Assembly: GCA_945861875.1 (NCBI GenBank)
Contig: CAMAWC010000007.1
Span: forward strand, 7,540-71,539
DNA from: Bordetella parapertussis
GTDB taxonomy: Bacteria; Pseudomonadota; Gammaproteobacteria; Burkholderiales; SG8-39
Length of the DNA stretch: 64,000 nucleotides
Reading direction: 5' to 3'
Shown in pieces: positions 1-9,115 of this stretch (positions are counted from its first letter, which is position 1; each line of letters starts with the position of its first letter). The translations under genes were made by a program, and so were the position numbers. Under the pieces are notes generated by a model, which worked only from the letters and a program-made list of their open reading frames with translations, did no database searches and was not told the DNA's origin.

Positions 1-1
1 C

Positions 2-367
2 GAGGCGATGCACATCCTCGAGGGCATGGGCCTTGCGGACAAGGCCGACACCTCCTCCAGCCAGCTGTCCCAGGTGGAGTTGCGCAAAATGGAACTCGCG
101 CGCGCCATGGCGGCACGGCCGCAGCTGCTCATCTCCGACGAAGCCATGGCCGGCCTGTCGGGCAATGAAGTGACCGAGGTGCTGGACATCCTGTTCAAGC
201 TCAACGCCACCGGCATCACCATCATCATGATCGAGCACATCATGCAGGCGGTGATGCGTTTTTCGCAACGCGTGATCTGCCTCGACGCAGGAGAAATCAT
301 CTGCGAGGGCACGCCCGAATCCATCGTCCAGGACCCCAACGTGCAAAAGGCCTATCTTGGCGTCTGA
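2..367 (+). CDS. ABC transporter ATP-binding protein, LivG-like (HAAT family); 3' fragment, 5' end lies outside the window
   Basis: The frame of track ORF 8..367 stays open to the window edge. Walker B LLISDEAMAGL, H-loop IEHIM, and a C-terminal DPNVQKAYLG typical of LivG-type ATPases. Overlaps the next ABC ATPase gene. Confidence 0.85.
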   Translation, partial: EAMHILEGMGLADKADTSSSQLSQVELRKMELARAMAARPQLLISDEAMAGLSGNEVTEVLDILFKLNATGITIIMIEHIMQAVMRFSQRVICLDAGEIICEGTPESIVQDPNVQKAYLGV

Positions 368-1109
368 CGGAAAATCACTGAGCCTTAACCTGAAGGTCAC
401 GGACATCGACGCCGGCTACGGCGCGGTGCGCGCACTGCACGGCGTGACGATGTCCATCGCCCAGGGCGAGACCGTGGCCCTGCTGGGTACCAACGGCAAC
501 GGCAAGAGCACGCTTATGAAGTGTCTGATGGGCATGGTGCGCCCGACCCGCGGCAGCCTGGAACTCGAACTGGACGGCCAACGTCACGACCTCGCGCGCC
601 TCTCGACCGAGGAAATCGTCAACCTCGGGGTAACCATCGTCCCCGAAGGCCGGCGCCTGTTCCCCAAGCTGACCGTGGAGGAAAACCTGCTGCTTGGCGC
701 CTTCCGGCCGCAGGCGCGCCCGGACATTCCGAAGAACCTTGCCTTCAGCTACGAGGCCTTCCCGGCGCTCAAGGAACGTCGCGGCCAGCTCGCCGGTTCG
801 ATGTCCGGCGGCCAGCAGCAAATGCTGGCGATCGCCCGCGCACTGATGTCCTCGCCGCGCCTGCTGCTGGTGGACGAGCCCTCGGTCGGGCTCTCGCCGC
901 TGCTCGTCTCGACCACCATCACCAAGATCAAGGAATTAAAGGAAGAGTACGGCCTTACCGTGCTCATCGCCGAGCAGAACTTCCACCAGGCCATCCGCAT
1001 TGTCGACCGCGGTTACCTCATCGTGCACGGCGAAATCGTCTTCGAGGGCAATGTCGCCAGCCTCGAATCCAACGACATGGTGAAGAACTACTACCTCGGC
1101 ACCGCCTGA
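357..1109 (+). CDS. ABC transporter ATP-binding protein, LivF-like (HAAT family)
   Basis: 250 aa. Walker A GTNGNGKST, signature MSGGQQQMLAIARAL, Walker B LLLVDEPSVGLSP, C-terminal NYYLG. Confidence 0.9.
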   Translation: MASDGKSLSLNLKVTDIDAGYGAVRALHGVTMSIAQGETVALLGTNGNGKSTLMKCLMGMVRPTRGSLELELDGQRHDLARLSTEEIVNLGVTIVPEGRRLFPKLTVEENLLLGAFRPQARPDIPKNLAFSYEAFPALKERRGQLAGSMSGGQQQMLAIARALMSSPRLLLVDEPSVGLSPLLVSTTITKIKELKEEYGLTVLIAEQNFHQAIRIVDRGYLIVHGEIVFEGNVASLESNDMVKNYYLGTA

Positions 1110-1113
1110 GTAC

Positions 1114-1230
1114 GTCCGTCATCCGCGCGCCAGTCCGTCATCCCCGCACCAGTCCGTCATCCCCGCAAAAGCGGGGATCCAGTGACTTTCGTCTAACGTC
1201 TCTGGGTTCCCGCTTCCGCGGGAACGACGA
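1114..1230. repeat. Cluster of hairpin repeats (GTCCGTCATCC(C)CGC x3, then the CCCCGCAAAAGCGGGG hairpin and the GGTTCCCGCTTCCGCGGGAACGAC hairpin)
   Basis: Direct triple repeat of CAGTCCGTCATCCCCGC followed by two stem-loops. Same module family as the sites near 9116, 15507 and others. Confidence 0.8.
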
Positions 1231-1342
1231 GACAGGGTGCCACCGTCAGCCTCGATGCGGGATAGCAATAAACCCGGAAACGCCCGCCAGTAGCCACTTT
1301 TCAGCCTGTTGCACTGTATTTTCGAACACCGCTCCGTCCGCT

Positions 1343-2326
1343 TTAGTCAGCCCGGATGCCGTTATCCCTGACCACCTTGCCCCAGCGCTCGATCTCGCCC
1401 ACCGTCCAGGCCTGCAAGGCTTCGGGCGTACTGATCGCCAGGTCTATGCCCAGTTGTTCAGTAAGCTGCTTTTTCAGTTCCGGCTGGTTGATGGCCTTGG
1501 CCATTTCGGCATTGAGCTTATCTATGATGGGCCGCGGTGTCCCGGCCGGTGCAAACACACCCCACCAGGCGAGGGCTGAAAAACCGGGAAAGCCCTGCTC
1601 GGCCAGCGTCGGGACGTCGGGCATTGAACTGGAACGCTTGTCACCGGTGACCGCAATGGCGCGCAGCTTGCCGCCCTTAACATGCGGTGCGAGCACCGCC
1701 ACCGACCCGATGGCGGTTTCGATCTGGCCACCCAGCGCATCCGCCGACATCGGTCCGCCGCCCTTGTAGGGAATGTGCACGATCTTAAAGCCGCCCGACT
1801 GCTGCACCAGCGTCATGGTGAGATGGCCGAGACTGCCATTACCTATCGAACCGTAGCTGATGGAATCTGGCTTCGCCTTGGCCGCGGCGATCACGTCGGC
1901 AAAACTCTTGTAAGACTTGGCAATGGAAGTGCCGATGGCCATCGGCGCGGTGCCTATGAGCATCACCGGTGCGAGGTCTTTTACCGTGTCGAAAGGCATG
2001 TTCGGGATCAGCGTCGGATTCACCGCATGGGTGTCGAACACGAACACGAAGGTGTAGCCGTCCGGCGCCGACTTGGCGACGAAAGCCGTGCCTATGGACC
2101 CGGATGCACCGGTCTTGTTCTCGACTATGAATTGCTGGCCCAGCGCCTCGGACAGGCGCACCGCCAGCAGGCGCGCAATCGGATCGACCGAACCGCCCGG
2201 CGGGAAAGGAACGATGAACTTGACCGGTTTGGCCGGCCAGCTTTGCGCGACGGCCGGCGCCGCCGCAAAAAAACCGAGCAGGACACAACAATGGACAAGC
2301 TGCCGCAACAACGACGATCGAATCAT
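1343..2326 (-). CDS. Tripartite tricarboxylate transporter substrate-binding protein (Bug/TctC family)
   Basis: 327 aa. Signal peptide ending AVAQS, PFPPGGSVDPIARLLA and HIPYKGGGP motifs typical of Bug proteins. Confidence 0.9.
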   Translation of the reverse strand: MIRSSLLRQLVHCCVLLGFFAAAPAVAQSWPAKPVKFIVPFPPGGSVDPIARLLAVRLSEALGQQFIVENKTGASGSIGTAFVAKSAPDGYTFVFVFDTHAVNPTLIPNMPFDTVKDLAPVMLIGTAPMAIGTSIAKSYKSFADVIAAAKAKPDSISYGSIGNGSLGHLTMTLVQQSGGFKIVHIPYKGGGPMSADALGGQIETAIGSVAVLAPHVKGGKLRAIAVTGDKRSSSMPDVPTLAEQGFPGFSALAWWGVFAPAGTPRPIIDKLNAEMAKAINQPELKKQLTEQLGIDLAISTPEALQAWTVGEIERWGKVVRDNGIRAD

Positions 2327-2372
2327 GGATTACCTCCTCCGAGTATCAGACACCAACGCATCATGCCGCCAA

Positions 2373-2972
2373 TCAGTCTTGTGCCGCAGACACCCCTAGC
2401 AGCGCAATACGAAAGCGGTTCTTTAAATATGTACCTTCGCGCGGCGGCAGCACCAGCGGCAGTTTTTCTGCCACCACCCTGACCTGGGCAAACAACGGCC
2501 CCGCCGCCTTGCCCTTGGCATAAATACGGCGACGCAGCTGTTCCACGCCGGGTTTTCCGGTCACCCTGAGCACCTGTGCGAAACCCGCCGCCTTCGCCAT
2601 GCCGGCAAGGTCGACGCCGTAGGCGGTGTGCGTGGCCTGCATGCCGGTCTCGCCGTAGCGCTGGTTATCGAGCACGACAATGGCCAGGTTACGCGGCCGC
2701 TGCGCGGCGATGGCGGCAAGCGATCCCAGGCCCATCAGCATCTCGCCGTCGCCGGTCACCACCAGCACGCGACGCCGCGGTTGTGCAAGGGCAAGGCCAA
2801 GACCGAGCATCGCCGCCCCGCCCATCGCCCCCCACAAGGGAAAGGACAGCGCTGAATCCCCTGCGGCGGTGATGTCCCAGGCGGCAGAGCCGAGCCCGGC
2901 CACGACCAGCAGGTCACCGCGGTCCTCGAGCAAGGCGTTCACCACCTCGCGCCGGTGCAGGACGGCCTTCAT
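2373..2972 (-). CDS. Thiamine-diphosphate enzyme, beta (PP-domain) subunit; sulfopyruvate/phosphonopyruvate decarboxylase-like
   Basis: 199 aa. ThDP motif GDGEMLMGLGSLAAIA...VVLDN (GDG-X-N). Overlaps the alpha subunit gene by 4 nt. Confidence 0.8.
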   Translation of the reverse strand: MKAVLHRREVVNALLEDRGDLLVVAGLGSAAWDITAAGDSALSFPLWGAMGGAAMLGLGLALAQPRRRVLVVTGDGEMLMGLGSLAAIAAQRPRNLAIVVLDNQRYGETGMQATHTAYGVDLAGMAKAAGFAQVLRVTGKPGVEQLRRRIYAKGKAAGPLFAQVRVVAEKLPLVLPPREGTYLKNRFRIALLGVSAAQD

Positions 2973-3541
2973 GCGGGCACCGAATTAGTGAGTTCACGAA
3001 AATCCTTGGCGCCAAGCAGCTTCTGCCCGATCAGCACGGCGACGGCACGCTGGCCGTTAAAGGCCAGGCCCAGCGCCCCTCGCACCGTTACCGCAACCTC
3101 GGCGGGCGTATCGGCGCGCATGACAATCACCCCCATTGCTTCGAGCACCTCCTGCGAAGCCTGGCCCATGGGAATCTGCCAGGGATTGAACTCTCCGTGA
3201 TCACCGCGCATGGTGACAAGCATGAGCAGGGGAAAGCTGCAGGAAGCGTTAAGCGACAGCATGTTGATGCAATTGCCGACGCCGCTGCTTTGCATCAGCA
3301 GTATGCCTTTTTCGCCGCCCAGCCAGGCACCGGCGAGCAGCGCGACGCCCTGCTCCTCGCTGGTCAGGCGCACCACACGCATCGCCGTATCGGCCTCGCA
3401 CAGGCGTATCAGTTGCGCATGGCCGGCGTCCGGGACAATCGCCACCTGGCGTATGGCATGCTCGCGCAACAGGCGATGCACCTCTTCGGGCCATCCGGCC
3501 GGCGCGTCCTTGACCGCCTTGTTCAATTTTGTCCCCTTCAT
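2969..3541 (-). CDS. Thiamine-diphosphate enzyme, alpha (PYR-domain) subunit; sulfopyruvate decarboxylase ComD-like
   Basis: The track ORF runs 2969..3631. I chose the internal start MKGTKLNK (3541) because it gives an ATGA overlap with the stop of the upstream cyclase gene (3538). The EEQGVALLAGAWLGG region is typical of PYR domains. Confidence 0.75.
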   Translation of the reverse strand: MKGTKLNKAVKDAPAGWPEEVHRLLREHAIRQVAIVPDAGHAQLIRLCEADTAMRVVRLTSEEQGVALLAGAWLGGEKGILLMQSSGVGNCINMLSLNASCSFPLLMLVTMRGDHGEFNPWQIPMGQASQEVLEAMGVIVMRADTPAEVAVTVRGALGLAFNGQRAVAVLIGQKLLGAKDFRELTNSVPA

Positions 3542-4350
3542 GGCGTTAATGCCGCAAACAGGCGCTCGTCGACGATGGCCACCGCGCGCGTCCAGCCGGC
3601 CGAAGCGCCGCGGATCTTGTGCGGAAAGCATGAGACGATGAAACCATCTGCCGGCAGGGCTTCGAGGTTGTGCAGTTTTTCGAGGTGGCAGTAACCGATG
3701 TCGCGGCCGGCCTTATGGCCCTCCCATATCAGGCTGGCGTCGCCGGTCTGGCGGTATTTTTCAGCGGTGTGGACAAAGGGCGCGTCCCAGCTCCAAGCAT
3801 CGGTGCCGGCGAGACGCACACCGCGTTCGAGCAAGTACATGGTGGCGGCATACCCCATGCCGCAACCGGCGCTGACGTAATCGTCGTGGCCGTAGCGCGA
3901 ACCGGCGCGGGTGTTGACGACAACAATCTCCAGCGGCTTGAGCGTGTGCGCTATGCGCTGCAACTCCTTTTCCACGTCTTCAGCGGTAACGACATAGCCG
4001 TCGGGCAGGTGGCGGAAATCGAGTTTGACGCCGGGCTGGAAACACCAGTCGAGGTCGACTTCGTCTATGGTGATGGCGCGCTCGGCCTTGCCCGAGCTGC
4101 GGTTCATGGTCGGATGGAAATGATAGGGCGCATCAAGGTGGGTGCCGTTGTGGGTGATCAGTTCGACTTTTTCTATCGCCCAGGCCGCGCCGTCGGGCAG
4201 GTCTTCCTTCTTCAGACCCGGGAAAAACGGCGCCATTTGCCCGAAGGTCGTTTCATGGTCCATGTAGGTGATTTTCGGGCCGAACGCCGGCGGGTCAGAC
4301 ACCACGTCGTTTTCAAGGTAAATCGACAGGTCGATGATTTTTCGCGTCAA
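3538..4350 (-). CDS. Cyclase-family metal hydrolase (kynurenine formamidase / isatin hydrolase family)
   Basis: 270 aa. Family motif HNGTHLDAPYHF (HxGTHxDxPxH). Confidence 0.85.
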   Translation of the reverse strand: MTRKIIDLSIYLENDVVSDPPAFGPKITYMDHETTFGQMAPFFPGLKKEDLPDGAAWAIEKVELITHNGTHLDAPYHFHPTMNRSSGKAERAITIDEVDLDWCFQPGVKLDFRHLPDGYVVTAEDVEKELQRIAHTLKPLEIVVVNTRAGSRYGHDDYVSAGCGMGYAATMYLLERGVRLAGTDAWSWDAPFVHTAEKYRQTGDASLIWEGHKAGRDIGYCHLEKLHNLEALPADGFIVSCFPHKIRGASAGWTRAVAIVDERLFAALTP

Positions 4351-4376
4351 AGCAAACTCTCCCGCGGAATTACTGG

Positions 4377-5585
4377 TTAAAGCGTCGGACTGCCGGCTTC
4401 GCCGCCCAGCGCGGCAAGGCCCCAGGCCGAGACCTGCGCGTCAAAGCTGAAACTAAAATGCCCGGCGAGCGCGTGCGCATCGCGGAAGATCCGCTGTATC
4501 GGGTAACTGTCGTAAATGCCGTTGGCCCCGGCCATGCCGTGCAGCAAGTCCACCGCCTCGGTGCACAACTGCACGCCATAGGCGAGGTTACGCTTGAAGC
4601 GCAGCTTGGTCAGCGCATCCGGGATGACGCCCTGCACGGCGATCTCCTTCCCCTCGATGCAGTCGCTGCGCATCAGCAGGCGCGCCGCATCGATTTTTGC
4701 GCTCGCCGCACCGATGCGCAATTGCACCGCCTGGAAGTCGCGCATTTTTGACGCCGTGTAGCTGGTGCTGCGCGCCTTCACAGCGTCTATGGTGAGTTCC
4801 AGCGCGGCCTGGGCGTTGCCTGCCGCCGCCCCGCCGATGCCGTGCGCGCCGATCGAGGACATCGGTACGCGATACATTGGATTGGGATTGGCCTTCGCTC
4901 CCGGGAAACCGTCGCCACCGCGCGCATCCAGGGTGCACAACGCACGATACGCCGGCACGAACACCTCGTTGGCGACCACGGTCTTGCTGCCGGTGCTGCG
5001 CATGCCCAGCACGTGCCAGTCGTCCACCACCTCGTAGTCGGACTTGTGCAGCAGGCACATGCGATAGTCGGTGACCTTGTCGCCGTCACGGATCATTGCG
5101 GCAAGCATGTTCCACTCGCTCACATCCACGCCGCTGGAGAAGTTCCAGCGCCCGCTGATGACAAACCCGCCGTCGACCTTGCGCCCGCGGCCCTGCGGAT
5201 AGGCGATGCCCGAGGCGATCAGGGCGTCGGGGTTGGCGCCCCACACCTCGTCTTGCGCGCGTTCGTCGTACAGCGCCAGCATGAAGTGATGAATGCCAAG
5301 ATTGGCGACATTCCAGGCCGTCGAGGCGCAGCCACGGCCGATTTCGGCCGGAACATCGACGAAGGAAACGTAGTCGAGTTCCATCCCGCCGTAACGCCTG
5401 GGTTGCAGGAAACGAAACAGCCCGAGACGGTGCAAATCCGCTTCGGTCTCCTTGAGCATGCCGCGCGCCGTTTCGGCCGCACCCGCGCGCTCGCGCAGTG
5501 CCGGCACCAGATCGCGTGCACGGCCAATGGCCTCGGCATAGCCGACATCGGCGAAACCGGCCGGCCTGTTGGCGGGAGCGTTCAT
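4377..5585 (-). CDS. Acyl-CoA dehydrogenase-fold flavin-dependent monooxygenase (group D; C2-HpaH / IacA / DszC-like)
   Basis: The track ORF runs 4377..5627. I chose start MNAPANRP (5585) to avoid overlapping the upstream VOC gene. ACAD-like N, middle and C domains, and no thioester-type context. Confidence 0.7.
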   Translation of the reverse strand: MNAPANRPAGFADVGYAEAIGRARDLVPALRERAGAAETARGMLKETEADLHRLGLFRFLQPRRYGGMELDYVSFVDVPAEIGRGCASTAWNVANLGIHHFMLALYDERAQDEVWGANPDALIASGIAYPQGRGRKVDGGFVISGRWNFSSGVDVSEWNMLAAMIRDGDKVTDYRMCLLHKSDYEVVDDWHVLGMRSTGSKTVVANEVFVPAYRALCTLDARGGDGFPGAKANPNPMYRVPMSSIGAHGIGGAAAGNAQAALELTIDAVKARSTSYTASKMRDFQAVQLRIGAASAKIDAARLLMRSDCIEGKEIAVQGVIPDALTKLRFKRNLAYGVQLCTEAVDLLHGMAGANGIYDSYPIQRIFRDAHALAGHFSFSFDAQVSAWGLAALGGEAGSPTL

Positions 5586-5592
5586 CGCTGCT

Positions 5593-6054
5593 TTAGGCGA
5601 CACGCGGCATTTCGGCGTAGTTTTCACCGCCCCAATCGGGCGCAGCGGTGATACCCCAGAAATTCAGCTCAATGGTGATACCGTCCGGGTCCTTGATGAA
5701 CAACTGGTAGAGCTGGAACTCGGGCAGGTTGCGCGGCCGCACGCTGACGCCCATTTGCTTGAAGCGCTGTAAAAACGCTTCCGGGTCAGTAGCAAGAAAC
5801 GCGATATGGTCGACCACCCCGGCGTTGTCATTGGCGGAAGCCTTGGTGGTACCAAGGTAATACAACTCCTCGTTCTCTATACCGGCTTGGCCCATGTGCA
5901 CCTGGATCTTGCCGCCAACGCCCAGCCAGTAGCCCTTGAACGGGAAATCCGGCCGCGGCATGACCTCAAAGCCGAGCACCTTGACGTAAAAATCCCGGGT
6001 GCGCTCAAGGTTCTGGGCGCGCACGAAGTAATGGTTCAATTCGGTGACTGGCAT
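5593..6054 (-). CDS. VOC family protein (glyoxalase/bleomycin resistance/extradiol dioxygenase fold)
   Basis: The track ORF runs 5593..6105. The likely start is MPVTELNHYF (6054). A single VOC module of about 150 aa (HYFVRAQNLERTRDFY...DHIAF...ELNF). Confidence 0.8.
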   Translation of the reverse strand: MPVTELNHYFVRAQNLERTRDFYVKVLGFEVMPRPDFPFKGYWLGVGGKIQVHMGQAGIENEELYYLGTTKASANDNAGVVDHIAFLATDPEAFLQRFKQMGVSVRPRNLPEFQLYQLFIKDPDGITIELNFWGITAAPDWGGENYAEMPRVA

Positions 6055-6141
6055 AGTCGGTCCTTTGGGGTGATGGGGGTGATGGGGGTGTCTGGAAAAT
6101 AACATTAATCGAAGTTGCGGCCAATCCTTGCGGCGTCGAAC

Positions 6142-7125
6142 TCAGTCGCCCTTGATTTTGGCCTCGCGCACCAGCTTGGCAAGCGCATCGTACTCGGCGC
6201 GCAGCAGCCGTGCCATTTCCTCCGGCGTGCTGGTCTTAACGACGATGCCCTGCTTGCTGAAGGTGTCGCGCAACTCCGGTTCGGCCAGCACGTTGCGCAG
6301 TTCAGCGCTGTACTTGGCAACAATGTCGGCCGGGATGCCGGCCGGCCCCCAGAACGCAAACCAGGGTTCTCCGTTAAACCCGGTCACCCCCTGCTCGTGC
6401 AGCGAGGCGAGGTCGGGAAAGAGCGGCGAGCGTTCGCGCATGGTGCCGCCAAGGACGCGCACACGGCCGTCCTTGGACATGCCCATGGCCACGTGTATCG
6501 GCATGATCATGGTCGGGACCTGGCCGCCAAGCAGGTCGTTGAACGCCGGCCCCGAACCCTTGTAGGGGATATGCGTCATTTGCAGGCCGGCGGCGAGCTT
6601 GAGCTGCTCCATGAACAGGTGGTGATAGGTGCCGTTGCCCGGTGAGGCGTAATTCATGCCCGGGTTGGCCTTGGCATAGGCGATGAACTCACGCACGTTG
6701 TTGACCGGCACGGCGCCGTGAACGACCAGGGCAAAGTTGTTGTTGGCGATAAGGCCGATGGGCTGGAAGGCCTGGATGACGTCAAAGGGAAGATTGGAAA
6801 AAAACAGCGGCAGGGTCAGCACGCTGGAGACCATCACCTGCATGGTCTGCCCGTCAGGCGGCGACTTGGCCAGCGCCTCCATACCTATTGCACCGGCGGC
6901 ACCGGCACGGTTTTCAACGATAAAGGGCTGGTTCCAGCGCGCCTGGAAACGCGGCGCCAGCAGGCGCGCGATCACATCCGGCGTGGTTGCCGGCGTCTGT
7001 GCCAGCAGCAGCCGCACCGGACGTGACGAAAGGCCCTGTGCAAAAGAGTCCAAGGGGGCCACTGCGGCCGCGGCCGCGGCGGCAAGCACCAGGCGGCGCC
7101 GGTCTTTGTCCGGGATGTGTTGCAT
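6142..7125 (-). CDS. Tripartite tricarboxylate transporter substrate-binding protein (Bug/TctC family), second copy
   Basis: The track ORF runs 6142..7161. The likely start is MQHIPDKDRRRL (7125), a twin-arginine-like leader. HIPYKGSGP motif. Confidence 0.88.
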   Translation of the reverse strand: MQHIPDKDRRRLVLAAAAAAAVAPLDSFAQGLSSRPVRLLLAQTPATTPDVIARLLAPRFQARWNQPFIVENRAGAAGAIGMEALAKSPPDGQTMQVMVSSVLTLPLFFSNLPFDVIQAFQPIGLIANNNFALVVHGAVPVNNVREFIAYAKANPGMNYASPGNGTYHHLFMEQLKLAAGLQMTHIPYKGSGPAFNDLLGGQVPTMIMPIHVAMGMSKDGRVRVLGGTMRERSPLFPDLASLHEQGVTGFNGEPWFAFWGPAGIPADIVAKYSAELRNVLAEPELRDTFSKQGIVVKTSTPEEMARLLRAEYDALAKLVREAKIKGD

Positions 7126-7292
7126 GCAATTTTCTCCTGCGGCTTTATATCGAAAAACCATCCGGCCATGCTTCGAGAAACCGGGATTCCATTATGCAGC
7201 AGAATCAGCGCCGGGACAGGGCCGCGCCGTCACGCCGGGACGATTTGACAATGCACGCCGTCTGCCTGTCTACTCCACCTACCAACGCAACA

Positions 7293-8939
7293 ATGAGACC
7301 GGCAATGCCCTCCGACAAAGACATTTCATCCACGCAAGTCCTTATCGCCGGGGCCGGGCCGGTCGGCCTGACCCTCGCCATAGACCTGGGCAAGCGCGGC
7401 ATCCGCTGCACCATCATCGAGCAAAAAGCCGCGCCGCAATTCCTGCCAAAAATGGAACGCTGCAATGCGCGCAGCATGGAAATGTTCCGGCGCATCGGCA
7501 TCGCCGACGATATCCGCCGTGCCGGGCTGCGTTCGGACGCGCCCATGGACGTCCATGTCATCCTCGCCCTGAACGAGCCGGCGCTCCTGCGCCTGCCCTA
7601 CCCTTCGGTCGACGAGGCGCGCGCGCACATCCGCGCCACCAACGACGGCAGTGTGCCGCTCGAACCCTACCAGCTCACCTCGCAGTATTCCCTCGAACCC
7701 CTGCTCAAATCCATCGCCGAGAAGCTGCCCGGTGTGACGGTGCGCTTTGGCTGCGAGTTCGTCTCCTTCGTGCAGGACGCCGCGGGTGTGACGGCGCTGA
7801 TCCGCCCCGCCGGCGGTGCCGCCGAGACACTGCAGGCCGACTACCTCATCGGCTGCGACGGCGGCAACAGCAGCGTGCGCGCGCAACTGGGCATCGCCTT
7901 GCGCGGCGAGGGCCCGCTGACACAGTTTCGCCAGGCGCTGTTCCGCTGCGACGAATTATTCGACATGATGCCCCTGGGCAACGGCCCGGGCCGTGGTCGC
8001 CACTGGCATGTCGCCGACGACAAGGGCACATTCCTCATCATGCAGGACTCGACGCGCCACTGGACGCTGCATTCGGCGGTTGACTCTGACGAGGAAATGA
8101 AACGCATGTTCGAGACCGTCGTTGGCGTGCCGGTGAAATACGAAATGCTATCGTGCAATCCCTGGCGGCAAAACCTGCTGCTCGCCGACAGTTACGGCAA
8201 GGGACGTGTTTTCCTTGCCGGCGATGCCGCGCACCTGGTGATCCCGACCGGGGGCCTGGGCATGAACACCGGCGTGGGCGATGCCTTTGACCTGTCCTGG
8301 AAGTTGGCGGCAACATTGCAGGGCTGGGGCGGGCCGAACCTGCTGCGCTCGTATGAAATAGAACGCCGCCAGGTCGGCGAACGCAACATCGGCGCCTCGC
8401 GCTATGCCAATCTCGGACGGCGCAAGTGGCGCTCGATGTGGCGGCCTAATATCCGCGAACAATCGCCGGCGGGCCAACAGTCCCGCGATATCCTGAAAAT
8501 GGTCGCCAACGTTGAACAACGCAAAACCAACGAAATGGTCGGCGCCGAACTCGGTTACCGCTATGTCGACTCGCCCGTCATCATGGACATTCCCGGCGGG
8601 CCGGAACACCTGTTTCGTGAATACCAGCCCAGCACCTGGCCGGGCGCGCGCCTGCCGCATGTCTGGCTGGATGACGGCACCGCCATGCAGGACCGCATCC
8701 CGGTCGAAGGCTATACCCTGCTCAGGCTGGGCGGCACGCAAACGCCAACCGAGCCGCTCGAAATGGCCTTGGAGTCCCATGGGCCGCCGGTCACCGTGCT
8801 CGACATTCCCGACCGCGTTGTGCGCGAAGTCTACGGCCACGACCTGGTGCTGCTACGCCCGGACATGCACGTTGTCTGGCGCGGCAACACGCTGCCCGAA
8901 GACAGCAAAGGCATAGCCACAACCGCGACGGGGCATTGA
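7293..8939 (+). CDS. FAD-dependent aromatic-ring hydroxylase (PheA/TfdB/MhpA family, with C-terminal thioredoxin-like domain)
   Basis: The track ORF runs 6987..8939. The N-terminal 100 aa overlap the divergent Bug gene and look non-coding, so I took start MRPAMPSDKD (7293; 7305 is also possible). GAGPVGLTLAIDLGKRG Rossmann motif and GRVFLAGDAAHLVIPTGGLGMNTGVGDAFDLSWKL. Confidence 0.88.
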   Translation: MRPAMPSDKDISSTQVLIAGAGPVGLTLAIDLGKRGIRCTIIEQKAAPQFLPKMERCNARSMEMFRRIGIADDIRRAGLRSDAPMDVHVILALNEPALLRLPYPSVDEARAHIRATNDGSVPLEPYQLTSQYSLEPLLKSIAEKLPGVTVRFGCEFVSFVQDAAGVTALIRPAGGAAETLQADYLIGCDGGNSSVRAQLGIALRGEGPLTQFRQALFRCDELFDMMPLGNGPGRGRHWHVADDKGTFLIMQDSTRHWTLHSAVDSDEEMKRMFETVVGVPVKYEMLSCNPWRQNLLLADSYGKGRVFLAGDAAHLVIPTGGLGMNTGVGDAFDLSWKLAATLQGWGGPNLLRSYEIERRQVGERNIGASRYANLGRRKWRSMWRPNIREQSPAGQQSRDILKMVANVEQRKTNEMVGAELGYRYVDSPVIMDIPGGPEHLFREYQPSTWPGARLPHVWLDDGTAMQDRIPVEGYTLLRLGGTQTPTEPLEMALESHGPPVTVLDIPDRVVREVYGHDLVLLRPDMHVVWRGNTLPEDSKGIATTATGH

Positions 8940-8950
8940 CCGCAAGACTG

Positions 8951-9092
8951 CTTAGGGAAGCTCTGATTAAGTCCGTCATTCCCGCGAAAGCGGGAATCCA
9001 CCTTGACCTAAAGCGTGGATTCATTGAGTCAAAATGGATTCCCGCTTTCGCGGGAATGACGATTTATGGACTTAATCAGAGCTTCCCTTAGC
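8951..9092. mobile_element. MITE-like element (repeat family A) with roughly 46-bp imperfect terminal inverted repeats
   Basis: The left end CTTAGGGAAGCTCTGATTAAGTCCGTCATTCCCGCGAAAGCGGGAATCCA is the reverse complement of the right end TGGATTCCCGCTTTCGCGGGAATGAC(GATTTAT)GGACTTAATCAGAGCTTCCCTTAG, apart from one 7-bp indel. Each arm contains the hairpin ATTCCCGC-GAAA-GCGGGAAT. Near-identical copies lie near 10831, 34928 and 61030. Confidence 0.75.
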
Positions 9093-9115
9093 TAAATCAT
9101 GGCCAACAGCCCGTA

